From Spirochaetia bacterium (GTDB lineage: Bacteria > Spirochaetota > Spirochaetia > CADAEX01): DNA of 64,000 nt. Numbering within the stretch: the stretch's first letter is position 1; each line of letters begins with the position of its first letter. Made by a program: the position numbers and the translations under genes. Below are positions 27,517 through 37,712 of this stretch, one piece after another. The stretch spans positions 155,230 through 219,229 of the forward strand of contig JAZURI010000002.1 of NCBI GenBank assembly GCA_045606105.1, written 5' to 3'. Below the pieces are notes generated by a model. That model was not told where the DNA came from. It saw only the letters and a list, made by a program, of their open reading frames with translations, and did no database searches.

Positions 27517-29601
27517 TCAGGCCTGTGCTGCCTCTCTCTTAGCCTTTGCGTCTGCAATTACTGCCTCTGCAATCTTTCCTGTTACCGGACTGTAATGATC
27601 GAATTCAACTTCGAAGGAACCGGTTCCTGATGTAAGAGAACGGAGATCAATTGCATATCTGAGAAGCTCTGCCTGTGGTACTTCTGCATTTACCTGCTGG
27701 ATTCCACCTCCCATGCTGTCCTGACCAAGTACTTTTCCTCTCTTTGAACTGAGATCTGAAAGAACATCTCCGAGATACTGGTCATCCACAAAAACTGAAA
27801 GCTTCATAACAGGCTCCAGGAGAACAGGAGAAGCCTTTTCAATAACTTCGCGCAGACAACCTTTCGCCGCCAGTTTGAATGCCATTTCCGATGAATCGAC
27901 AGGATGTTCCTTACCGTCAAAAAGATTTACCTCTATGTCCACAATCGGATATCCTGCAAGAACACCTTCCTGCATTCCTTCCGCAATACCCTTTTCAATA
28001 CCAGGAATGTAACCCTTTGATACGGCACCACCCTTGATAGTATTGATGAATCTGAGATATTCGCCTCTTTCGATAGGCTGGATCTCAAAATGAACCTCAC
28101 CGAACTGACCGTGACCGCCGGACTGTTTCTTGTGTCTATAGCTTCCGGATGCCTTCTTGGTGATTGTTTCCCTGTATGCAACCTGAGGAACCTTTGTAAC
28201 AATCTTGATTTTCTGCTTGTCGCGGATCTTGTCCAGAATCATGTTGATCTGGAGCTCACCCATTCCGGAAATGATGGTTTCCTTTGTTTCTGTGTTATAG
28301 GAAATACGGAATGTGTTATCTTCCATTGCTGCCTTCTGCATGAACTGGCTGAGCTTGTCCTCATCCTTCTTGTCAACAGCGGATACTGTTACAGAGAATG
28401 TAGGGGTAGGAAGTCTGAGAGGGATGAATCTGTTCTTCAGTTCACCTGTGAACAGTGTGTCATTAGTCAATGTAAGAGGCATCTTTGATACGATACCGAT
28501 ATCTCCCGCTGTAAGCTCCTTGACTTCCATGAGCTTCTTACCTACCGCTGTATAGATCTTTGTTACCTTTTCCTTCTTTCCTTCCCTGAGGTTCATGAGT
28601 TCGGTATCCTGAGTAATGGTACCTGATACACATTTCCAGTAGGAAAGCTTTCCGGAGAACTGGTCGATGGTTGTCTTGATTGTGAAAACCTTGATATCTC
28701 CGTCCGGTGTGATAGGGGTAGGAATCTTGTTCATTTCTTCATCGAGAAGAATGTCGTTGAATCCGAGAGGACACGGTGAAAGCTCTGCAATGAAGTCGAT
28801 AAGAGCTGCAATACCTGAGCATACAGCTGCAGAACCGCAGAGAACAGGAGCAATCTTGTTGTCGCGGAGACCTGCCTGGATAGCCTTCTTTACATCCTCA
28901 ATGCTGAGAGTTCCCTCTTCAAGATATCTTTCCATGATTTCATCGTCGCCCTCTGCGGCTCCTTCAATCATGATTTCCTTGAATTCATTTACCATATCGG
29001 CATATTCTGCAGGAATTTCAGTTGCTGCCTCGATTTTTCCGGAAGCAGGAATCATGTAAGCCTTGTCGTTGAGAATATCGATGACTCCCTTGAAATCCTT
29101 TGCATCGCCGACAGGGATTGTGATAGGAACAAATGTCTTTCCGAATTTCTTCTTGATATCGTCAAGAGCCGCCTGATATGATGCCCTGTCCTTGTCCATC
29201 TTGTTGATGAAAACAAATCTAGGGATATTTCTTGAATCAAGACGCTGCCAGAGTTTCATTGTTTCAATCTGGGCACCTGTATCGGCACCAACCAGAAGCA
29301 GACCTGTCTCACATGCTCTGAGACCGAGAATAACCTCTCCCACGAAATCGGAAGCACCCGGAGTATCTACGAAGTTAAGCTTTTTATCATCTTTAAAAAT
29401 ATGAGATAATGTTGAATGGAATGAAATTTTCTTTTCAATTTCTTCTTCTGTATAGTCACTTACGGTCTTGCCGCTTTCTGTAGTTTCTGCCTTTGAAATC
29501 ATACCACCGGTGAACAGAATCTGCTCAAGCAAAGTTGTTTTACCTGTGCCGACATGTCCGGCCAATGCTGTGTTTTTAATTTGTTCAGTAGTAAATTCCA
29601 T
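27517..29601 (-). CDS. Elongation factor G paralog (EF-G2-like translational GTPase) with divergent G motifs
   Basis: 694 aa with full EF-G five-domain length. G1 is AGHVGTGKTT, G3 is VDTPGASDF (His to Ala), G4 is NKMD. The domain IV/V region is conserved (GGHGQFGEVHFEIQP...). Confidence 0.8.
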   Translation of the reverse strand: MEFTTEQIKNTALAGHVGTGKTTLLEQILFTGGMISKAETTESGKTVSDYTEEEIEKKISFHSTLSHIFKDDKKLNFVDTPGASDFVGEVILGLRACETGLLLVGADTGAQIETMKLWQRLDSRNIPRFVFINKMDKDRASYQAALDDIKKKFGKTFVPITIPVGDAKDFKGVIDILNDKAYMIPASGKIEAATEIPAEYADMVNEFKEIMIEGAAEGDDEIMERYLEEGTLSIEDVKKAIQAGLRDNKIAPVLCGSAAVCSGIAALIDFIAELSPCPLGFNDILLDEEMNKIPTPITPDGDIKVFTIKTTIDQFSGKLSYWKCVSGTITQDTELMNLREGKKEKVTKIYTAVGKKLMEVKELTAGDIGIVSKMPLTLTNDTLFTGELKNRFIPLRLPTPTFSVTVSAVDKKDEDKLSQFMQKAAMEDNTFRISYNTETKETIISGMGELQINMILDKIRDKQKIKIVTKVPQVAYRETITKKASGSYRHKKQSGGHGQFGEVHFEIQPIERGEYLRFINTIKGGAVSKGYIPGIEKGIAEGMQEGVLAGYPIVDIEVNLFDGKEHPVDSSEMAFKLAAKGCLREVIEKASPVLLEPVMKLSVFVDDQYLGDVLSDLSSKRGKVLGQDSMGGGIQQVNAEVPQAELLRYAIDLRSLTSGTGSFEVEFDHYSPVTGKIAEAVIADAKAKREAAQA

Positions 29602-29685
29602 AAATAAGACCTCCTCTTTAACTACCTTTATATGATAAAAGGCACTTCAGGGAGTTGTCAACCAAAAAATGGATTTCGTTGAAAA

Positions 29686-30060
29686 TTAGTTGTTTTTAAG
29701 GGAATTTATGAAATTTTTGAGGCAAAAAAAGCTTTTTTCACTGATATCATGCTCGATTTTACATGCATCAGAGTCAGCAGTTTCTGCATCCACCCCTATT
29801 TTTTCCAGAAAGTCTGCAATTACCTTATGTTTTTCATAAATACGGTCTGCAATTTTCTTTCCTTCATCGGTAAGGGAAATGGATGAGTCACTGTTGATGG
29901 TTATGTAACCTGCATCTGCCAGAGAATGTACCGCGGCGCTGACCGAAGGCTTGGAGAATCCCATGGCCCGTGCTATATCGACGGAGCGTACCTTTTCCTT
30001 TTCACCCTGGAGAACCACGATGGTCTCCAGGTACATTTCTGCAGATTCCTGAATTTTCAT
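29686..30060 (-). CDS. DtxR/MntR-family metal-dependent transcriptional repressor (short MntR/TroR type)
   Basis: 124 aa. The N-terminal wHTH (MYLETIVVLQGEKEKVRSVDIARAMGFSKPSVSAAVHSLADAGYI) is followed by a metal-binding/dimerisation helix region with conserved E, H and D residues. Confidence 0.75.
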   Translation of the reverse strand: MKIQESAEMYLETIVVLQGEKEKVRSVDIARAMGFSKPSVSAAVHSLADAGYITINSDSSISLTDEGKKIADRIYEKHKVIADFLEKIGVDAETADSDACKIEHDISEKSFFCLKNFINSLKNN

Positions 30061-31229
30061 TACGGCTTAAGCTCCGACATGATGTCTTCGTTGGTTGAGA
30101 TAGGGCTGTTGTTTTCCTTTGCAATATCGTAGGCTGTCTTTCCTTCGCCGGACTTGGCTGTAATGTCAGCCCCTTCCTCAAGAAGGGTTTCGATCATTCC
30201 CACAGATTCGCTGAAAAGGGCTGCAACCATAAGCGGTGTCATACCTCTCGGATCCCTGCCGTTTACATCGGCACCGGCCTTGATAAGGTTCTTTGCAATC
30301 ATTGTGTTGCTGTTCTTCATGGCAACATACATGAGTGCTGAAAGTCCGTTCTTGTCGGTCTGCTTCGGATCTGCTCCCAGCTCCAGAAATGTATCAATTA
30401 CTTCAGAGTTGAAGTTATAAGAACATGCATAGAGGAACGGTGAGAAACCGGCCGGTGTCATATCAGAAACAGAAACTCCCAGTCCGTGGAGATATTTTAT
30501 AACTTCAGGGTTAGGATTGAAGCATGCGGCCATGATCATCGGTGTGAAATCTTTTACACGGCAATTGTAGTCTGCCCCTTTTTCCACAAGCATCTTAAGG
30601 ACATCCACATTGTGGTTTGACATTGCAGTCTGCATTATAACCGGATATCCCTTCCTGTTTTCGGCATTCATGTCTGCACCCAGGGAGATAAGGGTTTCGG
30701 CAACCTTTGGGTTTTCGTTCTTGGTAACCGCGAACATAAGGGCTGTGAATCCGTCGATGTTCCTGTCTTCAAGATCGGCTCCTGCCTCCACGAGAACCTT
30801 GATGACATCGGTCTTGATATTTCCGCCGGCAGCTGCCATAAGAGGGGAAAGTCCGTCCTTGTTCTTGAGGTTCACATCTGCTCCGGCCTTGATAAGCTCG
30901 TTGAAGATTTCGATATTTGTTGTGGTCTGGGCTGCAAAGAGGAGAGCTGAATCGCCGTGGATATCAACCTCGTTTACCTTTGCTCCGTGCCTGAGAATAA
31001 TCTTAACTGCCTCCAGGGCATTGTCGTTCTGTGCAGCAATCATGAGAGGAGTTGTATAAAGCTCTCCGCTTCCGCTGTTGACTCTGGCACCGTCTTTGAT
31101 GGCCTGTTCAATGGCTTCAGGATTATTCTGTCTTACTATCTCGGCAAAAGCATCAGACTTCTTGTCACAGAATGCTGCAACCGGCATAACAAAGGCAATG
31201 AACAATACAAATAATTTTTTTAACATCAC
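30060..31229 (-). CDS. Ankyrin-repeat protein with a signal peptide (probable lipoprotein)
   Basis: 389 aa. Signal/lipobox VAAFC, then about 10 tandem ANK repeats ([27 protein letters not shown]...). It overlaps both flanking genes in an operon. Confidence 0.7.
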   Translation of the reverse strand: MMLKKLFVLFIAFVMPVAAFCDKKSDAFAEIVRQNNPEAIEQAIKDGARVNSGSGELYTTPLMIAAQNDNALEAVKIILRHGAKVNEVDIHGDSALLFAAQTTTNIEIFNELIKAGADVNLKNKDGLSPLMAAAGGNIKTDVIKVLVEAGADLEDRNIDGFTALMFAVTKNENPKVAETLISLGADMNAENRKGYPVIMQTAMSNHNVDVLKMLVEKGADYNCRVKDFTPMIMAACFNPNPEVIKYLHGLGVSVSDMTPAGFSPFLYACSYNFNSEVIDTFLELGADPKQTDKNGLSALMYVAMKNSNTMIAKNLIKAGADVNGRDPRGMTPLMVAALFSESVGMIETLLEEGADITAKSGEGKTAYDIAKENNSPISTNEDIMSELKP

Positions 31230-32521
31230 ATACTCCTGAAACGACTGATTGAGTTTTTCATTCTTTCTTCAAGATATGAAACATACTCTTCTTTTGATTT
31301 ATATGGCGAGCGGGCTACACCGCTTGCTACCGCTGCTTCCGCTACTGCGGAGGAGACAGAAACAAAGACTCTCGGATCAAACGGCTTCGGAATGATATAG
31401 TCCTTTCCGAAACTGAGGCTTTCCTTGTTATAGGCCTTCAGCACCTCTTCCGGTACAGGAAGCTTGGCCAGGGAAGCCAGTGCCTTTGATGCGGCAATCT
31501 TCATCTCTTCGTTTATACATGAGGCCTCAACATCGAGGGCTCCTCTGAAAATAAACGGGAATCCCATTACATTGTTTACCTGGTTCGGATAATCGGAACG
31601 TCCTGTAGCCATGATAACATCCTCCCTGGCTGCGACAGCTTCGGGATATGTTATTTCAGGGTCGGGATTTGCAAGGGCAAAGACAACAGGATTGTCATTC
31701 ATGGTCCTGAGCATTTCGCCTGAAACCAGCCCCTTTCCTGAAAGTCCCAGGAAAATATCGGCTCCCTTCATGGCATCTGCCAGTGTTCCCGGCCTGTCAC
31801 CGGAAGCAAAGTATTCCTTATATCTGTTCATGCCGGCCTGGCGTCCCTTGTAGATGATACCCTTGGTATCGCACATGGTTATGTTTTCCTTTCTGATTCC
31901 CAGGGCAACATAGAATCTGCCGCAGGCAATTCCTGCAGCTCCGGCACCGTTGATGACAACCTTAACCTCATCGATTTTCTTACCGGAAATCTCAAGGGCA
32001 TTGAGCAGGGCCGCACCTGTTATGATGGCTGTTCCGTGCTGGTCGTCATGGAAAACGGGAATATCCATAAGGGCCTTCAGGGAATCCTCGATCTCAAAGC
32101 ATTCCGGTGCCTTTATGTCCTCCAGGTTGATACCTCCGAAGGTAGGCCCCATGAGCTTTACGGCATCGATGAATTTCTGAGGATCGTTACAGTCAAGCTC
32201 GATGTCAAAGACATCCACATCGGCAAATCTCTTGAAAAGGACACCCTTTCCTTCCATTACCGGCTTTCCTGCTTCAGGTCCGATATTTCCCAGACCGAGA
32301 ACCGCAGTACCGTTGGTGATGACTCCTACGAGATTGCTCCTGTTTGTATATTCGGAAACCAATGCCTTGTTTTCCTTGATTTCAAGACACGGATATGCTA
32401 CTCCCGGTGTGTATGCGCAGCTCAGGTCTTCCTGGGTCCTGCAGGGCTTTGAAGGGATAACCTCAATCTTTCCCTTTACCGGGGAACTGTGATAAATAAG
32501 TGATTTCTCTTTCAGATCCAT
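31226..32521 (-). CDS. NAD(P)-dependent malic enzyme (malate dehydrogenase, oxaloacetate-decarboxylating)
   Basis: 431 aa. Matches the short bacterial malic enzyme family over its length ([20 protein letters not shown]-binding loop, ANPDPE). Confidence 0.85.
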   Translation of the reverse strand: MDLKEKSLIYHSSPVKGKIEVIPSKPCRTQEDLSCAYTPGVAYPCLEIKENKALVSEYTNRSNLVGVITNGTAVLGLGNIGPEAGKPVMEGKGVLFKRFADVDVFDIELDCNDPQKFIDAVKLMGPTFGGINLEDIKAPECFEIEDSLKALMDIPVFHDDQHGTAIITGAALLNALEISGKKIDEVKVVINGAGAAGIACGRFYVALGIRKENITMCDTKGIIYKGRQAGMNRYKEYFASGDRPGTLADAMKGADIFLGLSGKGLVSGEMLRTMNDNPVVFALANPDPEITYPEAVAAREDVIMATGRSDYPNQVNNVMGFPFIFRGALDVEASCINEEMKIAASKALASLAKLPVPEEVLKAYNKESLSFGKDYIIPKPFDPRVFVSVSSAVAEAAVASGVARSPYKSKEEYVSYLEERMKNSISRFRSM

Positions 32522-32522
32522 T

Positions 32523-33818
32523 TTATTCCACCTGATTCAGCTCGCAGGCTGCCTTGAATATGTTTTCAAACAGGTCCTGGATATCTCCCCTGTCCACGGA
32601 AGAAAAGGCAACCCTGAGATATTTGTCGTTTACGGAGATGGTTCCGATACCGTAGTTGGCAAGAAGATGCTTCCTGAGCTTTTCCGCACTGAATCTTTCA
32701 ACCACGAAGGTCATGAAATAGCCGGAATTGAAAGGAATAGGAATAAGCGGACACTCTTCAGGCATCTCGCTGATGGCCTTTTTTACCTCCCTGTATCTCT
32801 TTTCCATCTTGTCGGCAATTATTGCCTTTTCCTGATGATATGTTATGCTCTTGATTCCCTTGAGAATGATATTCTGGGAAATGGTGGAGCAGGTTGATAC
32901 GGTAGCCCTGATGGCACCCATGGTCTTCTTTTCAAGGACTGAAATGGATTCTGCATCCAACGCCTTTCCGCCGAAGGTAATGAAACCGGTACGGAATCCC
33001 CATGCCAGCTCCTCTTTGGTGGCTCCGTCAATCTTTACTGCGGTGATGTTGTCATGGGCTCCGCAGAGACGGGCAAAGATGGACTCTGTCTCGATTCCGT
33101 CCTCGAAGAAAAGACCGAAATATGAGTCATCGCACATTACCAGAATATCCTTTCCCTTTTCAGCCTGGCGGACAAGTGCATCCACAGTCGCCTTCTGTTC
33201 CTGGGTGGAAAGGGAGTAACCTGTAGGGTTGTTAGGGAAATTGAGAACGAGGATAACCTTGTCTCCCCCGTTCTCGATTGTTTCCTCAAGCGCCTTGATA
33301 TTGAATCTGTATTCGCTGTCAAAGAACTGGAAATTGACAACCTCGGCCTGATGCAGTACAGAGAAGATAAGCTTGTAGTTACCCCAGAACATGTCCGGAA
33401 TGATAACCTTGTCATGATTATCGATAAAGATATCCGCAACCAGTGAAAGACCGTGGGTCAGACCTGTGGTGATTACAGGCATGGAAACATTCTGGTTGAT
33501 AAGGGAGGGATTCTTCTTGATCATTTCCCTCATCCAGATCTGTCTGAGTTCCGGAAGTCCGGCAGTAGGAGCATAGGCAAAGATTTCAGATGAACTGAGA
33601 CCGTTTACAAGACTCCTCATGGACGGAAGATACATCGGCTGGCCCTCTTCCATTGCCATTCCGATAGTAGCATTATAGTTATAGGCATCTTTCTTTGCCT
33701 CATTAGACTGTGAAACTATCCCCTTCGGAAAATAAAGACGTCTTCCGAGGTCTGATAAAAGAGAATAAACAGGTTTGCCTTCGAGAATTGAGTTCAATTC
33801 TTCAGCCAATCGATCCAA
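32523..33818 (-). CDS. PLP-dependent aminotransferase, class I/II (aspartate aminotransferase family)
   Basis: 431 aa. NFPNNPTG motif. PLP-lysine region (SKEL...) not confidently placed. Overall fold-type I length. Confidence 0.75.
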   Translation of the reverse strand: MDRLAEELNSILEGKPVYSLLSDLGRRLYFPKGIVSQSNEAKKDAYNYNATIGMAMEEGQPMYLPSMRSLVNGLSSSEIFAYAPTAGLPELRQIWMREMIKKNPSLINQNVSMPVITTGLTHGLSLVADIFIDNHDKVIIPDMFWGNYKLIFSVLHQAEVVNFQFFDSEYRFNIKALEETIENGGDKVILVLNFPNNPTGYSLSTQEQKATVDALVRQAEKGKDILVMCDDSYFGLFFEDGIETESIFARLCGAHDNITAVKIDGATKEELAWGFRTGFITFGGKALDAESISVLEKKTMGAIRATVSTCSTISQNIILKGIKSITYHQEKAIIADKMEKRYREVKKAISEMPEECPLIPIPFNSGYFMTFVVERFSAEKLRKHLLANYGIGTISVNDKYLRVAFSSVDRGDIQDLFENIFKAACELNQVE

Positions 33819-33830
33819 AACCCTACCCCC

Positions 33831-34442
33831 TTAAAAGATTAAGTAATAAAAATACATGAGCATCATTCCTAATATAACAGAAATGATAAGGGATAAATAG
33901 ATACTTAATTTAAATTTTTTTATAAAAATTAAATTTATTAGAAAAATCAGTAACGCCGGAATTACCAGCCGTACCGATTTCCACCCTTCAACCACTCCGG
34001 AGAAATCATAGATAAGCCGGTCAAGCCCCAGTTCCCTGTTAAGAACCGAGTTTTCAAGGAAGAAAATCACGGCATAAGCCACCAGTCCCATTACCCCGGC
34101 ACGGATTCCGCGGATTCCGGAGGAGACAACCCTGTTTCCTGCCAGATGATGGCTGAGAAGACAGATTGCGGCCGAAAGAATGATGGCAGGGAAGATAAAT
34201 CCCAATGTGGCGGCAATTCCTCCCGGAAATCCGGCCACCTCCTTGCCTACATAGGTTGCTGTATTGATTACTATAGGCCCCGGTGTGAGCTGGGCTATGG
34301 CACATATATCGGCAAATTCCTCGGAGGTACACCAGCTGCGGGACAGAAGCTCCGATTCGATGATTGCCAGGTTTGCATACCCTCCTCCGAAGGCAAAGAG
34401 ACCGATCTTGGCAAACACCAGGAAAAGAAGAAGGTAAATCAT
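33831..34442 (-). CDS. chrA: Chromate transporter (CHR family) short-chain subunit, C-terminal half homolog
   Basis: 203 aa with the CHR-family motif FGGGYANLAIIE. It is paired with the upstream half gene by an ATGA overlap. Confidence 0.7.
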   Translation of the reverse strand: MIYLLLFLVFAKIGLFAFGGGYANLAIIESELLSRSWCTSEEFADICAIAQLTPGPIVINTATYVGKEVAGFPGGIAATLGFIFPAIILSAAICLLSHHLAGNRVVSSGIRGIRAGVMGLVAYAVIFFLENSVLNRELGLDRLIYDFSGVVEGWKSVRLVIPALLIFLINLIFIKKFKLSIYLSLIISVILGMMLMYFYYLIF

Positions 34443-34975
34443 CAGAGTCCCTCCTTCCTGTAGAGAAATATTCCCAGTAAACCGCTGAGAATTATGACAT
34501 ATATTGCAGGAATCCCTATGAAGGCCACGGCAACAAAGGCTGTAACGGCAACAACGACATCATTGCGGGACCTGAAGCTTTTTTTCATCATGTTGGCCAT
34601 GGTACAGATGATGAAGGCTGAAACTGCGGCCCTGATGCTGGTAAATGCATATCCTGTCAGCGGGGAATCCTTGATAAGCTCCACATAGGATGCAACAAAA
34701 AGGATTATGCAGACCGGAGGAATTATAACACCGGCCAGTGCCGAGGCAGCTCCCCTTTTTCCCCTGAGCAGATTTCCGATATGGATGGCGGCATTTACGC
34801 CGATGGCACCGGGCATGGAGTAGATCACGGCAAAGACGGCGTTCATTTCCTTTTCTGAAAGAAGGTTTCTCTTCTTACGGAATTCCTCGTCCATCACGAC
34901 AAGCATGACCGGTCCTCCCCCCAATGTAAAAAAGGCAATCTTGAAAAATGTGACAAAGAGAGAAAAACATGACAT
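34442..34975 (-). CDS. chrA: Chromate transporter (CHR family) short-chain subunit, N-terminal half homolog
   Basis: 177 aa with the CHR motif TLGGGPVMLVVM. This is the typical two-gene short-CHR arrangement. Confidence 0.7.
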   Translation of the reverse strand: MSCFSLFVTFFKIAFFTLGGGPVMLVVMDEEFRKKRNLLSEKEMNAVFAVIYSMPGAIGVNAAIHIGNLLRGKRGAASALAGVIIPPVCIILFVASYVELIKDSPLTGYAFTSIRAAVSAFIICTMANMMKKSFRSRNDVVVAVTAFVAVAFIGIPAIYVIILSGLLGIFLYRKEGL

Positions 34976-34987
34976 CAGGTCATATTC

Positions 34988-36058
34988 CTATTTTTTTTTC
35001 GTATTATATCCCGTACTCATCATGATACTGATGAATTTTGTACTTTCGAAGTAACTGAAGGCTACCCTGAACATAACAGTTATAGGAACGGCAAGAACTG
35101 CTCCCAGCGGACCCCATATCCATGACCAGAAAGCGAGAGTGATAAGGATAAGCACCGGGCTGAGATTAAGGTTGGATCCCTGAATACGAGGCTCAATGAA
35201 GTTACCCATCAGCTGCTGGATTCCCAGGTTAAGGAGGAATATTACCATAGGAAGGATTGGTTCCGGATAGAACTGCACTATACCCTGTATGGAAATAAGT
35301 ACAACGACAATGGTTGAACCGATAGTAGGTACGAAGTTAAGGAAGAATGCTATACAACCCCAGATAAGAGGGAAATCCACCCCTGTAAGCTCAAGTACAA
35401 GCCATACCTCAAGACCTGTGAGGAAGGAGATGATGGACTTGATGAAGAAGTACTTACCTACCAGCTGCAGGATTCTGGCACTGATGATGGTAAACTTCTT
35501 GGAGGCCTGGAAGTTGAAGGCATCGTTGATTTTAGATGATATATACGGATATTCGAGAAACAGGAAAAACATGAAGATGAAGATAAGCACTGTATATCCC
35601 ATCATCTTGGTAAAGGAGCCCGAAACTCCCATTACATAGTTCTGAACTATTGAATACCAGTCGTAGGCAGCCAGGAAATCGGGTGCCGTATCCAGCTTGA
35701 AGAGAATCATGATACGGGTTGAGAAATCGGCATAGATATCCCTGAACTTGTTAAGATACTTCGGATAATCGCTGATGAAGACACTGAAGCTGGACTGGAC
35801 GACAGTGATTAAGAAATACAGGAAAACCGCCAGGATGGTCATGATAAGGATTACGGCCAGTGTTCTCGGTATCTTGCATTTATCTTCAAGAAACTGCATG
35901 ACAGGAAACAGCATGAAGCTGATCATAATGGCAAATACCAATGGAGCCATAACGGATGCGGAAGACTTCAGGAAAAAGCATCCCACCATTACAAAAATCA
36001 GGACAAACAGAATGAGAATAGCCTGATTAAGTTTATTAGTATTGTCATTTTTCAACAT
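34988..36058 (-). CDS. AI-2E family transporter (PerM/YdiK-like)
   Basis: 356 aa, about 8 TM. The conserved C-terminal half (FLNFVPTIGS...LGAVLAVPIT) is typical of the AI-2E/UPF0118 family. Confidence 0.75.
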   Translation of the reverse strand: MLKNDNTNKLNQAILILFVLIFVMVGCFFLKSSASVMAPLVFAIMISFMLFPVMQFLEDKCKIPRTLAVILIMTILAVFLYFLITVVQSSFSVFISDYPKYLNKFRDIYADFSTRIMILFKLDTAPDFLAAYDWYSIVQNYVMGVSGSFTKMMGYTVLIFIFMFFLFLEYPYISSKINDAFNFQASKKFTIISARILQLVGKYFFIKSIISFLTGLEVWLVLELTGVDFPLIWGCIAFFLNFVPTIGSTIVVVLISIQGIVQFYPEPILPMVIFLLNLGIQQLMGNFIEPRIQGSNLNLSPVLILITLAFWSWIWGPLGAVLAVPITVMFRVAFSYFESTKFISIMMSTGYNTKKK

Positions 36059-36133
36059 TTAAAATATTATCCTGAATTACAGATTAACATATTGTTAATT
36101 TAATTATAATAAAAAAATTTACAGAGGGAAAGA

Positions 36134-36643
36134 GTGATTGCTAAATTTAAGGAAAAATTTCCAAAAATAGAAAAACCTGCTTTCATTGCAGACAATGCTG
36201 TTATTACCGGAGATGTTGAAATCAAGGAAGATGCCAGCATCTGGTACGGAGCTGTTCTCAGAGGTGATATCGAACCTATCGTCATCGGAAAAGGGTCAAA
36301 TGTACAGGACGGCTGCATTCTCCATACCTCTGAGGGAACACCATGTATTCTCGGAGACTATGTATCTGTGGGACATGCCGCAATACTTCACGGCTGCAGG
36401 ATCGAAAACTACTGCCTTATCGGTATGGGAGCAACAATCATCGATGATGCGGTTATCGGAGAGGAATCCATTGTAGGAGCTTGTGCGCTTGTTACAAAAG
36501 GAAAGAAATTCCCTCCTCGCTCCATGATTCTCGGAAATCCGGCAAAGGTTGTAAGATCCCTCACCGACGAGGAGGTTGCAATGCTTCATTCCCATCCTAT
36601 GCACTATATTCAGGTTGCAAAGGATACGGAAGAAAGCCGCTGA
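36134..36643 (+). CDS. Gamma-class carbonic anhydrase family protein (hexapeptide-repeat, CaiE/PaaY/YrdA-like)
   Basis: 169 aa with a GTG start after GAGGGAAAGA. Left-handed beta-helix hexapeptide repeats and conserved His ligands (ILHTSEG, GHAAILHGC). Confidence 0.75.
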   Translation: MIAKFKEKFPKIEKPAFIADNAVITGDVEIKEDASIWYGAVLRGDIEPIVIGKGSNVQDGCILHTSEGTPCILGDYVSVGHAAILHGCRIENYCLIGMGATIIDDAVIGEESIVGACALVTKGKKFPPRSMILGNPAKVVRSLTDEEVAMLHSHPMHYIQVAKDTEESR

Positions 36644-36649
36644 TATGAA

Positions 36650-37600
36650 CTATTCAAGGGATGACGGACTTACGAAGGACATCTTGTCAATCGGATTGTC
36701 TATCATCTCTGACTTGAGTATGAAGCTGATATCATAATCAAGAGCTTCAAGATCTTCAGCTGTCAGCTTGCTGATGAAGTGACTCCAGCTGTAGAGCCTT
36801 TCCGCATCCTCAATGGAAATATCCTGAATCTCAGCACCCAGGCGGATTGCCTCCTTTTCATTTTCATTCATCCATTTTACAGCCTTTTCATAAGCGGAAA
36901 GGTAGATTTCCAGCATATCCGGATACTCTTCCACGAACTTCTTTCCGGCTGCTGCAACGAGAAGCGGCTTTACATACCCTTCACAGGTAACCAGGATTCT
37001 GGCACCGTTCTTTTCGGCTGCAATCACGGCTGCTGCCGCGGCAAGAGCACAGTCCACTTTTCCGGCCAGCATGGCAGAGGTTGCGTTAGGAATACTCATA
37101 TTGACGAAATTGATATCCTTGCGGCTCATTCCCTCCTTGGCAAGAACTGCTTCCAGAAGTTCGTCAAGCACGGTACCTCTCGGACCTGCCACAGTCTTTC
37201 CCCTGAGGTCGGCAGGAGTCTTTACGGAATCATTGGCTGTGATGATGGTGAACATCTGCTCCGGTCTGCTGAAGCCTGAGAAGATTTCCACAGGGTTTCC
37301 GGCAGCATTTGCAAGAATCACCGATGCGGTATTGATAACAGATGCAATATCCAGGGAGCCGGCAGCTATTGCTTCGGACTGCTTGGCACCGGAATTGATC
37401 TCGTAATAATTTACCTTGATACCTTTCTTTCCGAATTCCTCTTCTGCAATCTGCTTTTCCTTCATGATGATGAGAGGAAGGTTAAAAGGATCCCTTACAT
37501 AGGAGATATTGATTTCTTCAAGCTCCTTCTCCCCTTTGCCCGATGCAAATGAAGAGACTGCAAGAAGAACCATGAGAGTAAAACAAAGGATTTTTTTCAT
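36650..37600 (-). CDS. ABC-type substrate-binding lipoprotein (NMT1/SsuA/TauA-like); orphan, with no adjacent permease or ATPase
   Basis: I started at MKKILCFTLMVLLAVSSFASG (signal/lipobox-like). Periplasmic binding protein type-2 fold resembling aliphatic sulfonate/nitrate SBPs. Confidence 0.65.
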   Translation of the reverse strand: MKKILCFTLMVLLAVSSFASGKGEKELEEINISYVRDPFNLPLIIMKEKQIAEEEFGKKGIKVNYYEINSGAKQSEAIAAGSLDIASVINTASVILANAAGNPVEIFSGFSRPEQMFTIITANDSVKTPADLRGKTVAGPRGTVLDELLEAVLAKEGMSRKDINFVNMSIPNATSAMLAGKVDCALAAAAAVIAAEKNGARILVTCEGYVKPLLVAAAGKKFVEEYPDMLEIYLSAYEKAVKWMNENEKEAIRLGAEIQDISIEDAERLYSWSHFISKLTAEDLEALDYDISFILKSEMIDNPIDKMSFVSPSSLE

Positions 37601-37712
37601 GATGTTTTTCCTTAGACAGGTCAGTGTCCCGGAGGACCTTTCCATTCAGATTTATTCTTTCATACGAAAGATTTCCATGGGGTCAGCACAGGCTTCCCCC
37701 TAAGAAGCATTG

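Noticed and set aside
27517-29601. Whether the EF-G-like gene is a Tet(M)/Tet(O)-type ribosomal protection (resistance) gene.
   Set aside because: Its length (694 aa) and the conserved domain IV/V blocks fit EF-G better than the ~640-aa Tet(M) family. There is no mobile-element context. The divergent G motifs are reported as a finding instead.
33831-34975. The two chrA half-genes as a frameshifted single gene.
   Set aside because: Paired short-chain CHR genes with an ATGA overlap are a well-known natural arrangement. Each half has its own conserved GGG/GGGY motif and a proper start.
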